Shown one piece after another: positions 1 through 10,175 of a stretch of DNA of 64,000 nt; the first letter of the stretch is position 1; every line of letters begins with the position of its first letter. The DNA comes from Perkinsela sp. CCAP 1560/9. Lineage: Eukaryota > Protista > Euglenozoa: Kinetoplastea. Both the position numbers and the translations under genes were made by a program. The stretch lies in assembly GCA_965644495.1 (NCBI GenBank), contig CBFFSA010000006.1, positions 124,001 to 188,000 on the forward strand, given 5' to 3'. The notes under the pieces were generated by a model. The model made no database searches. It had not been told where the DNA came from and was given only the letters and a program-made list of their open reading frames with translations.

Positions 1-447
1 GTGTGGGGGTTAACCAGACAATGTTCCTTAGACGGGATATACTTTCTTCCAATTTATAAATCACAGAATCTTGACATGCGTTTTACATGTGCTACATCTT
101 CTTTTCTGGAATAAAATGAACTCCACAAAAAGTAGTCAAATATTTTAAAAGTTCAATCTACTTTAATTGGGTCAATACCAAGTGGTCAATCTAGCGAATA
201 TTATACAGTAGTTTCGGCGACTGCTTACAGAAGTTTTGCGCAGCAATGAAGCAGCAAAATTGCTGCGTTGTTTTACTACTAATGACTTCAGGAAAAAAAT
301 CGGGACTGAAAATGCAAGTCAAGGATTATTCTTCTGAAAAGCAAATTCCGAATCGTTATGTTCACGTATCTACCTTTATACTTTTCGATCCACGTTCAGT
401 TTATTTTTGTTCGTACAGGTACATTTTATGATTGGAATCAGTTTTTA

Positions 448-1482
448 ATGGAGACCTCTTTATCACCAGGAAAGGAGGACGATTTGCTCAATATCGAACT
501 GAACCGACCCCATTTGCACCGAGACACGCATCATCCAAATGCTGAAGCTCAGGTGGTGACAGCGTTAAATCGAGGTTGGTCAGATATTAATCCATTGAAA
601 TGGTTTAGCCTAACCGCCGCGTGGTCTTTTTTCTATAGTGGATGTGTGCATCCGATGTATTTTGCAAGCACCCATCGACAGATCTCTGATGCCTCAACTA
701 ATGCCACATACAAAACTATATTGTCGCGCCAGTTTTGTGAGCATGGGATCCGTGGTGTTTATCGTGGCTTCTTTGCTTTATTTTTCGGAGCTTCGGTGTC
801 CGAATGGCTTTATCTAGGCACTTTGGAAATATCAAAAGAAAAGCTCCCAATGAACTCGGAAATTGCACGCGATACTGTTAGTGGTGCACTCGCGGACGTG
901 ATCTCACAACTACTTTACTGCCCGTTTGGTTTGATTGGAAACCGTCAAATGGCAGCGGGACATGGGATGTCAAGCTATCCATACATGTCGGTACCTCGAT
1001 ATTTTGTTCACATTGTCCGCACGGAAGGATGGCACGGCTTGTGGGTAGGACTCACCCCGAGCCTTCTTCTGGTTCCTAGCACAGGAATCTGGTGGGGAAT
1101 TTACGGTGCGACAAAGCGCTATCTCTACGCTCACAACTCCCTCCTCCTCTCCTGTTACGGATCCTACAAGTTCTACCTCCCGGAATCCTTCGTATCGGAC
1201 ACGGACAATATTGTGCACAACAGTATCGCAGGAGCTTTTGCAGGGCTTTGCGTCACAGGATTGGTAAACCCTGTGTGGGTAGTTCGCGCGCGAGTGCAGG
1301 TGATGCCGGAATGCGCGGAAAGAACACTGCGCCATGTAGCATGGGATGTGTGGCGGCAAAGTGGTGTACGCGGGTTTTATCGAGGAGCGGGAATGAACGC
1401 TTCTGTGTATGCTTTGGAAAGCGCATTATTCGGAACTTTATATGAATACCTAAAATACGTATCCCAGATTCGTGTTGATTAG
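448..1482 (+). CDS. Mitochondrial carrier family (SLC25) protein
   Basis: Three carrier repeats with degenerate signature motifs (HPMYFASTHRQ, CPFGLIGNRQM, NPVWVVRARVQ) and G-x-RG-x-YRG / EGWHGLWVG motifs. The ORF is open from 358. ATG 448 is preferred because it follows a pyrimidine tract and AG. Confidence 0.9.
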   Translation: METSLSPGKEDDLLNIELNRPHLHRDTHHPNAEAQVVTALNRGWSDINPLKWFSLTAAWSFFYSGCVHPMYFASTHRQISDASTNATYKTILSRQFCEHGIRGVYRGFFALFFGASVSEWLYLGTLEISKEKLPMNSEIARDTVSGALADVISQLLYCPFGLIGNRQMAAGHGMSSYPYMSVPRYFVHIVRTEGWHGLWVGLTPSLLLVPSTGIWWGIYGATKRYLYAHNSLLLSCYGSYKFYLPESFVSDTDNIVHNSIAGAFAGLCVTGLVNPVWVVRARVQVMPECAERTLRHVAWDVWRQSGVRGFYRGAGMNASVYALESALFGTLYEYLKYVSQIRVD

Positions 1483-1937
1483 CACGTTTCAAGGATGTTT
1501 AAACGGTTGTTTAATTGGACGCACTTAAACTACTACGGATTGCTTACGCTCGCATGATCGTACGCTTAGAATGACTTGCACAATAATTTTTTTCGGTCAT
1601 GTAAATGTCGCATGGGATGAGAAATCTGTTAAAACTTTCCTTAAAAATTTAGGAATTAGGGGGGTATCCCCATATATCTGAGAAAGAAATTAAAAATTAG
1701 AGTGGATCATATTTCGATGAAGTACGACGTGCCGTATATTTTAGAGTACCGAACAGGAACCCCTTGGCGTAATTCTTATAATTCGCATTCCTATTATGTT
1801 TTGCGCTATTATAAACCCCCGCTCACGAAAAGTAATCGCCCACTTTTTTTCGTGCAAGTGTCCGTTTGAGCTGATTTTTGTTGCGTTTTGCAGATCTCAA
1901 CGCAAAGATTTCGCTAAGTTGACTTTTTTGTAGTTTT

Positions 1938-2080
1938 CTTTTCAGAAAAAATTGAACTTGACAGCCCCGTCCTGTTGATACCAGGGGGAGTCGTCCCAGA
2001 GTACGGGGGTGGAAAATATGCACCAAGACCTTGGCTACCCTTTCTGGGGGTGTATTTCGAAAAATATTTTTTTCAAAGTT
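1938..2080 (+). repeat. Diverged copy of the internal core of the hairpin-terminated repeat family (cf. 5360-5490, 46955-47085)
   Basis: Shares CCGTCCTG..GATAC..GGGGG...GGGGGTGGAAAAT..GC.CCAAGACC..GGCTACC.TTCTG...TTTCGAAAA with the other two copies. Confidence 0.65.
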
Positions 2081-2242
2081 TTCATTTTTTGTGGCGCGAA
2101 AATGTTTTGCTGCGCACGATGTGATGAATAGTGAAGAAACTTAGTGTTCTTCACTATTTTTGACAAAGTAGTTTCCTTCGCCACGTCAATAAGGAATATG
2201 CGGGTTTTTCCAGGTTTTGCCTTTCATAGGTTTCAACCCTCT

Positions 2243-2586
2243 TAATTAAGGACACCCTCTTTTTGGTCAAAAGTGTCCCGTAATCAAGTGTCCCTTAGCT
2301 TTGATCTGTGAGATGACCTTTGAAATCTAGTGAGTGATTGTACTGCAGGTTCTGTTGTTATCTTTTTTCTTATTTTTATACTCCGATTATTTGGGCGTGT
2401 AATTTTTTTTGCTGAGAATACCCCGGCTTAGCTCGATCCACCACACTTCGTTCCAGGCAGTGGGAGCGAAGCTCACCCCAAGGCCCAAGTATGATACTTG
2501 GGGAAGCGATACTGTATCCCTTAATTAAATGTTCCGTAATTGAGTTGTCCCGTAATTTACGTGTCCCGTATTTAAATCCGCACTGT
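2243..2586. mobile_element. Pogo/Tc1-like MITE relic (right end with TA)
   Basis: Repeated GTGTCCCGTA(A/T) subterminal motifs ending in ...AATCCGCACTG-TA. Similar ends occur at ~21010-21029 and ~36420. Confidence 0.4.
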
Positions 2587-2902
2587 ACATGTCTCTTCCC
2601 TGTATCGCAGCGAAGCCTGGATCCCCCATACTGGCGTTATGTTTTTATTGGAAAAACGGGCAACGCTAGAACAGGGGAAGGTACATGTACGTGTATGGTG
2701 AAACTGACTAGAAAATACAAAAAAAATGCAAAATAAGAAAAATATTAGTTTTCTGCAGGAGTACTAAATGTATTTTAAATAATCGTTGTGCCACGATCAA
2801 CACGAATATTACCTTTTGAGCACTGCTAGCTAAATCTAGCCTTGTAGCGTAAATGATAACTACCGATATGAACGAATCCCATTGGTGAAGAAAGTTTCCT
2901 CG

Positions 2903-4744
2903 ATGTTATCAGAATTGGAGTCAGAGTTGCAAATAACCGAGGAGTTTCTAGCACCAGGTCATATTGATGATGATTCCATTTTGCATTGTTACAATCTAGC
3001 GTCCTTTCGAAGCTTAATTGTGGGGGGTTGCGTACCGAGTGAGACATGTATATTTTCTGACACCACGTGTAGGGGAAATAACGGAACACACAACTTAGAG
3101 AAACATGCAAACGTGGATCGTAATTCTATTCATGGTCCGCACACTTCTGCTGCGAATGTAATACCACATTGCCAACCAAAAGACAAATTTAGGGATGAGG
3201 GGAGCTCCTCTATCATGAGAAAGAATAAAAAAAACCGTGCCCCTAATTTCTATAATGAATTCAATCAAATCAGTGATAGATTCGTAACTTATGCCGTGCA
3301 ACAAGGTCAGCCTCTTTGTCCCTGTTCCATTAATTTTCAAAATCCTAAAGAGGATCGCTCAGTGAAAAGAAAAACTGGAAATAGCGATTGCAGCGACTGT
3401 ATAGAGAACTTTAGTTTAAAAACAACAATTAAGATTCAACGACTGAATGAGGATAAACTTTGTCTTTACAAGATAGGTCCTGGTGCCGTTGCGTTTCGGG
3501 CAGTAGTAGAGACTTTGGAGAGAAACGGAATGTACTATACGCCAAACACGACGTGGAATTTACTCTGGGCGAAACGAGTGCGAAACGAGGAATGGGCAAT
3601 GTGTATTTATCCTCGGAAGATAAATCACTTCCCTGGTACGCGGAAAATTTCTCGAAAGGATGGGCTACATCGCGTCATGCAACACATGCGGATGATACAT
3701 GGGGATGCATATGATTTTTACCCTGATACGTATTTGCTTCCGGCGGAGTACTCGCACTTGACGGCAAAAGAAGAGTCATTGGATTCGGCTTGGATCATGA
3801 AACCTGTGGCGAGCAGCTGCGGAAAGGGTATTTATATAACAAACACCATTTCTAGGATGGCTAAGACGGAGAGGAAAATTTTAGCGCAGCGATATATTCC
3901 GAAACCGCTACTGATAAATGGCCACAAAGTCGACCTGCGAGTATACGTAGTAGTTACAAGTTTCGTACCGCTGCGTATCTACATGTTTCGAGAAGGCTTG
4001 GTGCGCTTTGCGTCTATTCCGTATCCAGGAGACAATGCCTCTTTGAACGACACCCTGTGTCATCTGACTAATTACTCACTTAACAAGAACGAGGATTGCA
4101 TGAAGTCTATAGGGGAAATAAAATGGAGTTTCGAAAAATTTAAGTCCTGGCTCAGAGATGGTCACGACAATAGAATATGGGAGAGTAGAATTCAACCGCA
4201 ATTGAGCGACATAGCAATAAAAACATTGCTCGCCATAGAAAATGAAGTGATCGTTGAATGTCGAGAAAAATGTGCAGATTCAAGTGGACGTGGTTGTTTT
4301 GAGCTTTTTGGTTTTGATTTTCTTTTGGATGAAAAATTCCAAGCATATTTACTGGAAGTTAATATCATGCCATCACTAGCAACTAGTACTTCAATCGATG
4401 TAGAGGTTAAATATGGTTTACTAACCTCTCTGCTGAATCTCATCGGTATTGTTCCGTTTTCAAAGCAAAAACAAGTGTTGTTGGGAGACATTAGGGGAAA
4501 AGTTTGTAATGGGGCAGTGGACCATCCAGCGAAAGAATGCAGTGATACGGGAACAAAATACGTCGAAAGGATGCTTCTTCTGGAAAGTGAGGAAGAATTA
4601 TCGAGGTCCGGCGGCTTTGACAGAATATATCCTACTGCCATAACAAGAGAATTGTACGACAAATACTTCTTAGTGCCAAGATCACTCAATGGACTTTTGC
4701 ACTCTTGGGAGGAAAGGAAAACCAGAATAACTCAAAGAAATTAA
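2903..4744 (+). CDS. Tubulin-tyrosine-ligase-like protein (tubulin polyglutamylase, TTLL4/5-like)
   Basis: TTL-family motifs KINHFPGT..ISRKD, WIMKP..SCGKGI, QRYI.KPLLI.G.K.DLRVYV, HLTNYSLNK, FELFGFDFLLD, LLEVN..PSL. First ATG at 2903; the ORF track starts at TTG 2882. Confidence 0.93.
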   Translation: MLSELESELQITEEFLAPGHIDDDSILHCYNLASFRSLIVGGCVPSETCIFSDTTCRGNNGTHNLEKHANVDRNSIHGPHTSAANVIPHCQPKDKFRDEGSSSIMRKNKKNRAPNFYNEFNQISDRFVTYAVQQGQPLCPCSINFQNPKEDRSVKRKTGNSDCSDCIENFSLKTTIKIQRLNEDKLCLYKIGPGAVAFRAVVETLERNGMYYTPNTTWNLLWAKRVRNEEWAMCIYPRKINHFPGTRKISRKDGLHRVMQHMRMIHGDAYDFYPDTYLLPAEYSHLTAKEESLDSAWIMKPVASSCGKGIYITNTISRMAKTERKILAQRYIPKPLLINGHKVDLRVYVVVTSFVPLRIYMFREGLVRFASIPYPGDNASLNDTLCHLTNYSLNKNEDCMKSIGEIKWSFEKFKSWLRDGHDNRIWESRIQPQLSDIAIKTLLAIENEVIVECREKCADSSGRGCFELFGFDFLLDEKFQAYLLEVNIMPSLATSTSIDVEVKYGLLTSLLNLIGIVPFSKQKQVLLGDIRGKVCNGAVDHPAKECSDTGTKYVERMLLLESEEELSRSGGFDRIYPTAITRELYDKYFLVPRSLNGLLHSWEERKTRITQRN

Positions 4745-4812
4745 ATTGATCCTGAGCAACTACGACTTCAAGTTAGTCTCTTAGTTGGAGGGGAAAATAA
4801 TAAAAATAATTA

Positions 4813-5711
4813 GGCTCTTCGTTAAACACGGTGGTTGTTTTCAACTTAGAAGTCACTCATGCTGCGCGCTTCGCGTTGAAAACTACCTCCGCGTTTAACG
4901 AAGGGCCCAAAAAAGAAAATTCGGCCTGGAAAGCTAAAGAAAACACAAAGATTATAGCAAAAATTAGCCGATTTTCGGGTAAAAATGGGGTGATTTTTGG
5001 GTATTTTTGCTCTTAGAGCACTAAATCCGATATTCGCGTGTGAGAAAGCACTCGTAGGCGTGAATGAAAGCCTACTGAACGTATTGGGTAGAGAATGCGA
5101 CTCCAACCACACCATTCTTTTGACATAAAAAGACCCCTTTAAGTCCGAAAATTACTTTTTCGCACTTTTTGGTCAAAAATGGGCCATTTTGGGAGGCGTG
5201 CCACGGCTAGAAGAAGGGGTATCTGGGAAAAACGACGGTGTAGAAAGCTAGTATAGGTCCCAAGCTCTCAAAATACAAAAGGGAAAAAAATGTTGAAAAA
5301 ATATGTTTTTTACCATTTTTTTCGCCAAGTTGAATTTTTTTCAAAAAAAGTTTTACGAAAAAATCCGAACTTGGCGGACCCGTCCTGCGGATACGCGGGG
5401 GGGCCACCCCCGGGTAGGGGGGTGGAAAATGCGCGCCAAGACCCCGGCTACCGCTTCTGCGGGTTTTTTCGAAAACTAATTTTTTCGAAAATAAATTTGT
5501 ACAGTATGCCCCTCCCCCTAGACCCCCCCATGGACCCCCCCTAGACCCCCCCATTTTTTTCAATTTTGGACCACAGGAGCCCCCTTTTATATTTTTTTCT
5601 TCTATTATACTGTGTTTATTTATTACTGTGTTCCTCTTTATATTTTCACTGTTTTTGTTCACTTTTTTTTCAATAATCGAGGGTAGAGCGGTAGTTATAC
5701 AACCACCGCAA
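4813..5711 (+). mobile_element. ~900-bp non-autonomous element with a 95-bp 5' hairpin and a short 3' terminal hairpin (putative Helentron/HINE-like)
   Basis: 5' imperfect hairpin 4813-4907, GC-rich structured core 5370-5440, 3' hairpin GCGGTAGTT-ATAC-AACCACCGC 5688-5709 followed by AA. Partial copies occur elsewhere in the window. No TSD seen. Confidence 0.6.
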
Positions 5712-5902
5712 CATTTATTTAAGAAAGGAATTTTTATTTCGTTTCGTGCCTTTGAGTTTCTTATGCCTTTAGCAACGAACTTCCCTTTAGTTGTGTAAGT
5801 AATATTACATTGTATTCTGCGTATCGACCGAAAAAATGTTCATTTTCAAACGCTTTTCTCTATTAAATAACTAGCATACGGTTACATACTCACTATTATA
5901 TT

Positions 5903-7249
5903 ATGGAAGTACAAGAAGAGTTCTCTGTACCCGGAGGCTCAGAACTTTGGGTGGATTGCCTTGGTTTAAAAACACGAATTAGCTTGAGGCATGGTTCGCT
6001 TTTGGCGTTGGGCTGCACTTTGTACGTGGGTGCCATTCATGAGTTTCCGGTGGGAACGAATTTGTTTTTGTCTTGCCCTAAAGAATTCACACAAGGCGCT
6101 CGGGTACTTATTGAAGGAACTGTCGAAACTAACTTGCGGAACACAACCACCTCTGCGCGCTATTCGGATCTGATAGATTTCTTGAATGCGACTCGGACGA
6201 GTTGCCGTCGCCTAGGGAGCTCTGGGCCTCGCGTACTGGTGTGTGGTCCTCCTTCCTGTGGAAAGTCAACGCTCTGCCAATTACTTTGCAACGAAGCAAT
6301 CGCGAACGATCATAGTGTTGTGTATGTAGATGGCAGTTTAACATCGAACTCCCTTGCACCTCCTGGATGCTTCTCTGCAGCCTTTTTAGAAGAATTTATC
6401 ACACCGGGTACAGGACTGCGAAATATAACTCCTTTATCATATTTTGCAGGCTCTTCTAACTTCCCGGATGGAGAGTTCGATATTTCGCACTGGAAAGAGA
6501 TCACAGAGTTACTAAAAGCTATGTATCTTGTGATTCAACAAATTATGAGTCAGCGGACTCGTTTTAGGGAAGGCGGGCTTGTAGTAGAACTTCCTTCCTC
6601 GTTGTTTCCTATGGATTTAATGAATAGCTCTGCAATGTTTGGGACTGAAAAGAGCTACGTGGCGCGCGGACTTCTAGCGTTTATTATGAGTTTTGAAATA
6701 TCGTATGTTTGCATCCTTGGCGGTGGTACGGCGTGTCAAAAATTTATTGTTGAAGCGTGTAACAATGTGCAGCTTCCAGCGTCGGTTATAGTGCGCCAAT
6801 TCGATCGTTTATCTTTTCCACACCCTCGAAAATGTGTGGAAACTTCACCGCTTAGTACGTATTTTACTGGTCGAGACGGAAATTTGATGTATTTTCGGTT
6901 GTGGATTTGCTTTGAAGACGTGAACGTCGTTATGATTACTAATCCAGAGTGTGATTTCAACCGCCATAGTAAAAATAACGTTGGACAGAGGAATGATTTT
7001 CTGGACCTTCGAAAAAATATATATGATTTACGCTTTACGCTTGCCGCAGTGTCAACAGCAGCTAAGGACAACGAAGTACGTTCCGCTAGTATCGCAGGCA
7101 TCGTGCTAATCGTAAATATTTATCCAGAGTTAGCAAAGATAGAAGTCATAAGTCCCGATCCCGGACCCTTACCTAGCCCTTACTTAGTGGTTTCACCTGT
7201 AATGAAAGTTCCTCACGAACATGTAAACCAAATGTTAACCCAGGGGTAG
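5903..7249 (+). CDS. CLP1: Pre-mRNA cleavage complex II protein Clp1 homologue
   Basis: N-terminal beta-sandwich-like region, GPRVLVCGPPSCGKSTL P-loop, PPG.FSA motif, PLSYFAG, and C-terminal ISPDPGPLPS motif typical of Clp1. Confidence 0.85.
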   Translation: MEVQEEFSVPGGSELWVDCLGLKTRISLRHGSLLALGCTLYVGAIHEFPVGTNLFLSCPKEFTQGARVLIEGTVETNLRNTTTSARYSDLIDFLNATRTSCRRLGSSGPRVLVCGPPSCGKSTLCQLLCNEAIANDHSVVYVDGSLTSNSLAPPGCFSAAFLEEFITPGTGLRNITPLSYFAGSSNFPDGEFDISHWKEITELLKAMYLVIQQIMSQRTRFREGGLVVELPSSLFPMDLMNSSAMFGTEKSYVARGLLAFIMSFEISYVCILGGGTACQKFIVEACNNVQLPASVIVRQFDRLSFPHPRKCVETSPLSTYFTGRDGNLMYFRLWICFEDVNVVMITNPECDFNRHSKNNVGQRNDFLDLRKNIYDLRFTLAAVSTAAKDNEVRSASIAGIVLIVNIYPELAKIEVISPDPGPLPSPYLVVSPVMKVPHEHVNQMLTQG

Positions 7250-7820
7250 GTTATTCTAGAATGGACCGTGCATTTCCGTAGTCACTTCATGCAGTACTGG
7301 GTGCACTTTGCATTATGCCGTGCTTGAACTCGATAAAATATTTAACTAATTGTAAGTATCTCTGTACGATAACCAGGTGACAATGTTATTTACGATATCT
7401 TGGCGGACTTCTATTAAGTGTGAATTTAACTTTACCTGGGAAGCATAGCTACGAAGAATGTTTCAATTTAGCGGAGAGCGAAGGAGCGTGATTTAAAGAT
7501 AGTATGCAGAAAAAAAATAGAACACGTTTGCATCAAGTGTGCACAAATTAATGTATTAGGTGTGTGCATACAAAAACGCATCACACGCACGCTCACAAAA
7601 GAAGCACCCCCAAAATGTGCCAAAATGTGCGGCACAAGGCTTCGATGTACGAATTTCGGGTAAGTTATTATGCTCCATCATTCTCAATAATAGTGAACAA
7701 TGGAGCCTTTCCATTAAATCCCTATTGTTGCGTAGAGAGATGTAACATTAAGCGTTAGTTTGCCTTCGGCATACTGTGCGATCCTTTTGTAACTCATTTC
7801 CAAATTATACATAATCTTCA

Positions 7821-10175
7821 ATGTACATCACCGAAACTACGCATCGCCAACACGTAACAAGAATCGTTCTTCTGGGTTCTCACAAGAGTCGAAAACTGGC
7901 AAGTTCTGTTTCCCAGATTTCCACCTCTGTGACACCACATGAAACAATGTGTATGGACTTTGGAACAGATGTGGATGTAGGAGAATACATCACAATTACT
8001 TTTGACGACGAACACATACCTGTTGACCACACCTCGAACCCGGCAAAGCCTCGGTCAAAAAACAAAAGGGTGGAAGATTTTGTGATTATTTACCTTGACG
8101 CTGGTACAACAGAAAGTCGGCGATATCGTCTTGAAAATTGTCACGCAGCTATTGTTGTTCAGTCACACGATGAGAAACTTAGCTTTGACTTGATTGAAGA
8201 CCTCATTAGTGCAGGGATTCCCTTTATGGTGTGGTGCATTGACGGAGGACAAACAATCGCAGAAAGTTTGGTCCCCAGTGCATTACAAGAAACTCAGTGG
8301 TTTCAAGGTTGTGTTGGTCTTTCATGCAGTGCTCGTCGTGATGTATTTTCTTCCATGCGCTATTGCACGAAATATCCAATTTCACCTCTGTGGAGCAAAG
8401 AAAAGGACATGTTCACACCCGAAGCGTGGAAGGCACTCCAGAAAACCTTTTGGTTGTTAGATGTTGATAAAGACGGTTTTCTGAATGATGCCGAGGTACT
8501 TTTGTGGCACAACAAACTTTTCGGTGTTACTGAAGACAAAGACATTGAATATTTGAAATTTTTTTTGCGTCCCAAGCAAGGAAAGACCAAAAGTAAGGTG
8601 AATCAACCTGACGAGCTGCATGATTCAGAAACTATGATTGGTACAAGGGGCGTTGCTTTACATGGCTTTCTCTCTGTTACACAGGCTATGATTAAGGGAA
8701 AACTTTGTCCTTACATATGGATAATGTTACACTCCTCCGGTTTCAACGACAAGTGCCTACCATATGAAGAATCAGATTTGCAAACACTTCAAACAAATTT
8801 AGAAGTCACCACAAGCTCTTTTTACGAACTGTCAGAGTGTGGCGAACGTTTTTTTAAGAGTCTTATTGTGGACAAGAAATTCAAATCCTTTGCAGTTTTA
8901 TGGGATTTTACTCCGGAGCCTCTATGGTCGGACTACGATATTCTACGAGATAGTCAAACACATGACTCGAAATTTGACAGTAGTAAATCGGAGGTTCAGT
9001 TCTTACCTTTATTTTCGAAATGGCATCCTTCTTCACATAATACTGTGGCGAAAGGGTTGACATATCATCCTGAATACATGAAGCCTGACTTGAGGGCAAC
9101 AGCGGACCAATTTCTATTACTGTGGCGCAACGAATGTATCGCGAATTGGCGTATTGTTGCCATTTATGCGAGGTGGTGGCACTTTACAGAATCCTTGTCT
9201 TCTTTGTTTGAATTACGAACACGACTATCTTCTGCCAACACTGCATCAACGTCGACTGTTCTCCGGTCTCTCGTCATGGGACCTTCGGGGTGTGGAAAGA
9301 CATCACTAATTCGACACATCGCGTACGATATATCTCCGACGGGACTGGAAGCCAAAAAAGGAAAGGCTATAATTGGGGCACCAAAAGATGCGAAACGACC
9401 TCAAAAGTCCAAGAGATCATCATACGCCCGACGAAAGTCAAAGGACACACTTTCGTGCATAAGGAATTGGGTTATCCCAAATCCTGGCGGCGCAACCAAT
9501 GAAGTAATTTTTCCCTGTTTCATACCTCAAAATCCTTCAAGCAATATACTGGCGAAAAGAACTGAAAAGATTCAGAGAAAATCGTTAGTTCATGCGGAGG
9601 CGACTGAGTATTGCATAGCTATGGTCGATGTTGCAGAAAAAGATTGTCGTGCTTGCCTATTAGACACTTCTTTCATGTCAACAATTGACGTTATTCTGCT
9701 TCTGTTCGAAGGCAATGAAGATGGATTAGTTTTTGTTAACACCCTGCTAGCGAATTGCGTTAATCTAGGCTTGAACACACCGGTCTTAATGGTACGAACG
9801 AAGAGCGACCTTTATGTGAATCAGCCACTGAACTGTTTCTTCGATGCCGAGCTTTGTCACAAGCTCGAGCATCCCCCGATAATTACTTCTGTGGTATCAA
9901 GCGATATCTCAACTGATGTATCGAGTGAGAACAATGACATTCCTCCCAATTCTAGTTGGAACCAAGTGGGAAGCTTAATGCAACTTATTTTGGAGGCCCG
10001 GAGAGAGGGAGTCGCGAGCGTATATTGCTCTCCTACAACAGAAAGTTCACGTATTTCTCCCTCCTATTCCTTTTTGCATTGCGGAAAGCACACGGGGTAC
10101 TTCATATCTACCTGTCTTGCGTTTCTAGTCTTAGCAATCATGAAGAAGAAACTTCGGAGAGCTAATTTTAATTGA
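7821..10175 (+). CDS. MIRO: Mitochondrial Rho GTPase Miro/Gem1
   Basis: YPISPLW motif, EF-hand LDVDKDGFLNDAE, second GTPase P-loop GPSGCGKTS and TKSD G4 motif, C-terminal TM (YFISTCLAFLVLAIM) with a basic tail. Confidence 0.85.
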   Translation: MYITETTHRQHVTRIVLLGSHKSRKLASSVSQISTSVTPHETMCMDFGTDVDVGEYITITFDDEHIPVDHTSNPAKPRSKNKRVEDFVIIYLDAGTTESRRYRLENCHAAIVVQSHDEKLSFDLIEDLISAGIPFMVWCIDGGQTIAESLVPSALQETQWFQGCVGLSCSARRDVFSSMRYCTKYPISPLWSKEKDMFTPEAWKALQKTFWLLDVDKDGFLNDAEVLLWHNKLFGVTEDKDIEYLKFFLRPKQGKTKSKVNQPDELHDSETMIGTRGVALHGFLSVTQAMIKGKLCPYIWIMLHSSGFNDKCLPYEESDLQTLQTNLEVTTSSFYELSECGERFFKSLIVDKKFKSFAVLWDFTPEPLWSDYDILRDSQTHDSKFDSSKSEVQFLPLFSKWHPSSHNTVAKGLTYHPEYMKPDLRATADQFLLLWRNECIANWRIVAIYARWWHFTESLSSLFELRTRLSSANTASTSTVLRSLVMGPSGCGKTSLIRHIAYDISPTGLEAKKGKAIIGAPKDAKRPQKSKRSSYARRKSKDTLSCIRNWVIPNPGGATNEVIFPCFIPQNPSSNILAKRTEKIQRKSLVHAEATEYCIAMVDVAEKDCRACLLDTSFMSTIDVILLLFEGNEDGLVFVNTLLANCVNLGLNTPVLMVRTKSDLYVNQPLNCFFDAELCHKLEHPPIITSVVSSDISTDVSSENNDIPPNSSWNQVGSLMQLILEARREGVASVYCSPTTESSRISPSYSFLHCGKHTGYFISTCLAFLVLAIMKKKLRRANFN

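Noticed and set aside
5207-5662. 151-aa Gly/Lys/Phe-rich ORF (and similar ORFs at 46898-47713)
   Set aside because: These are translations of homopolymer-rich non-coding repeat sequence, and frames are not conserved between copies.
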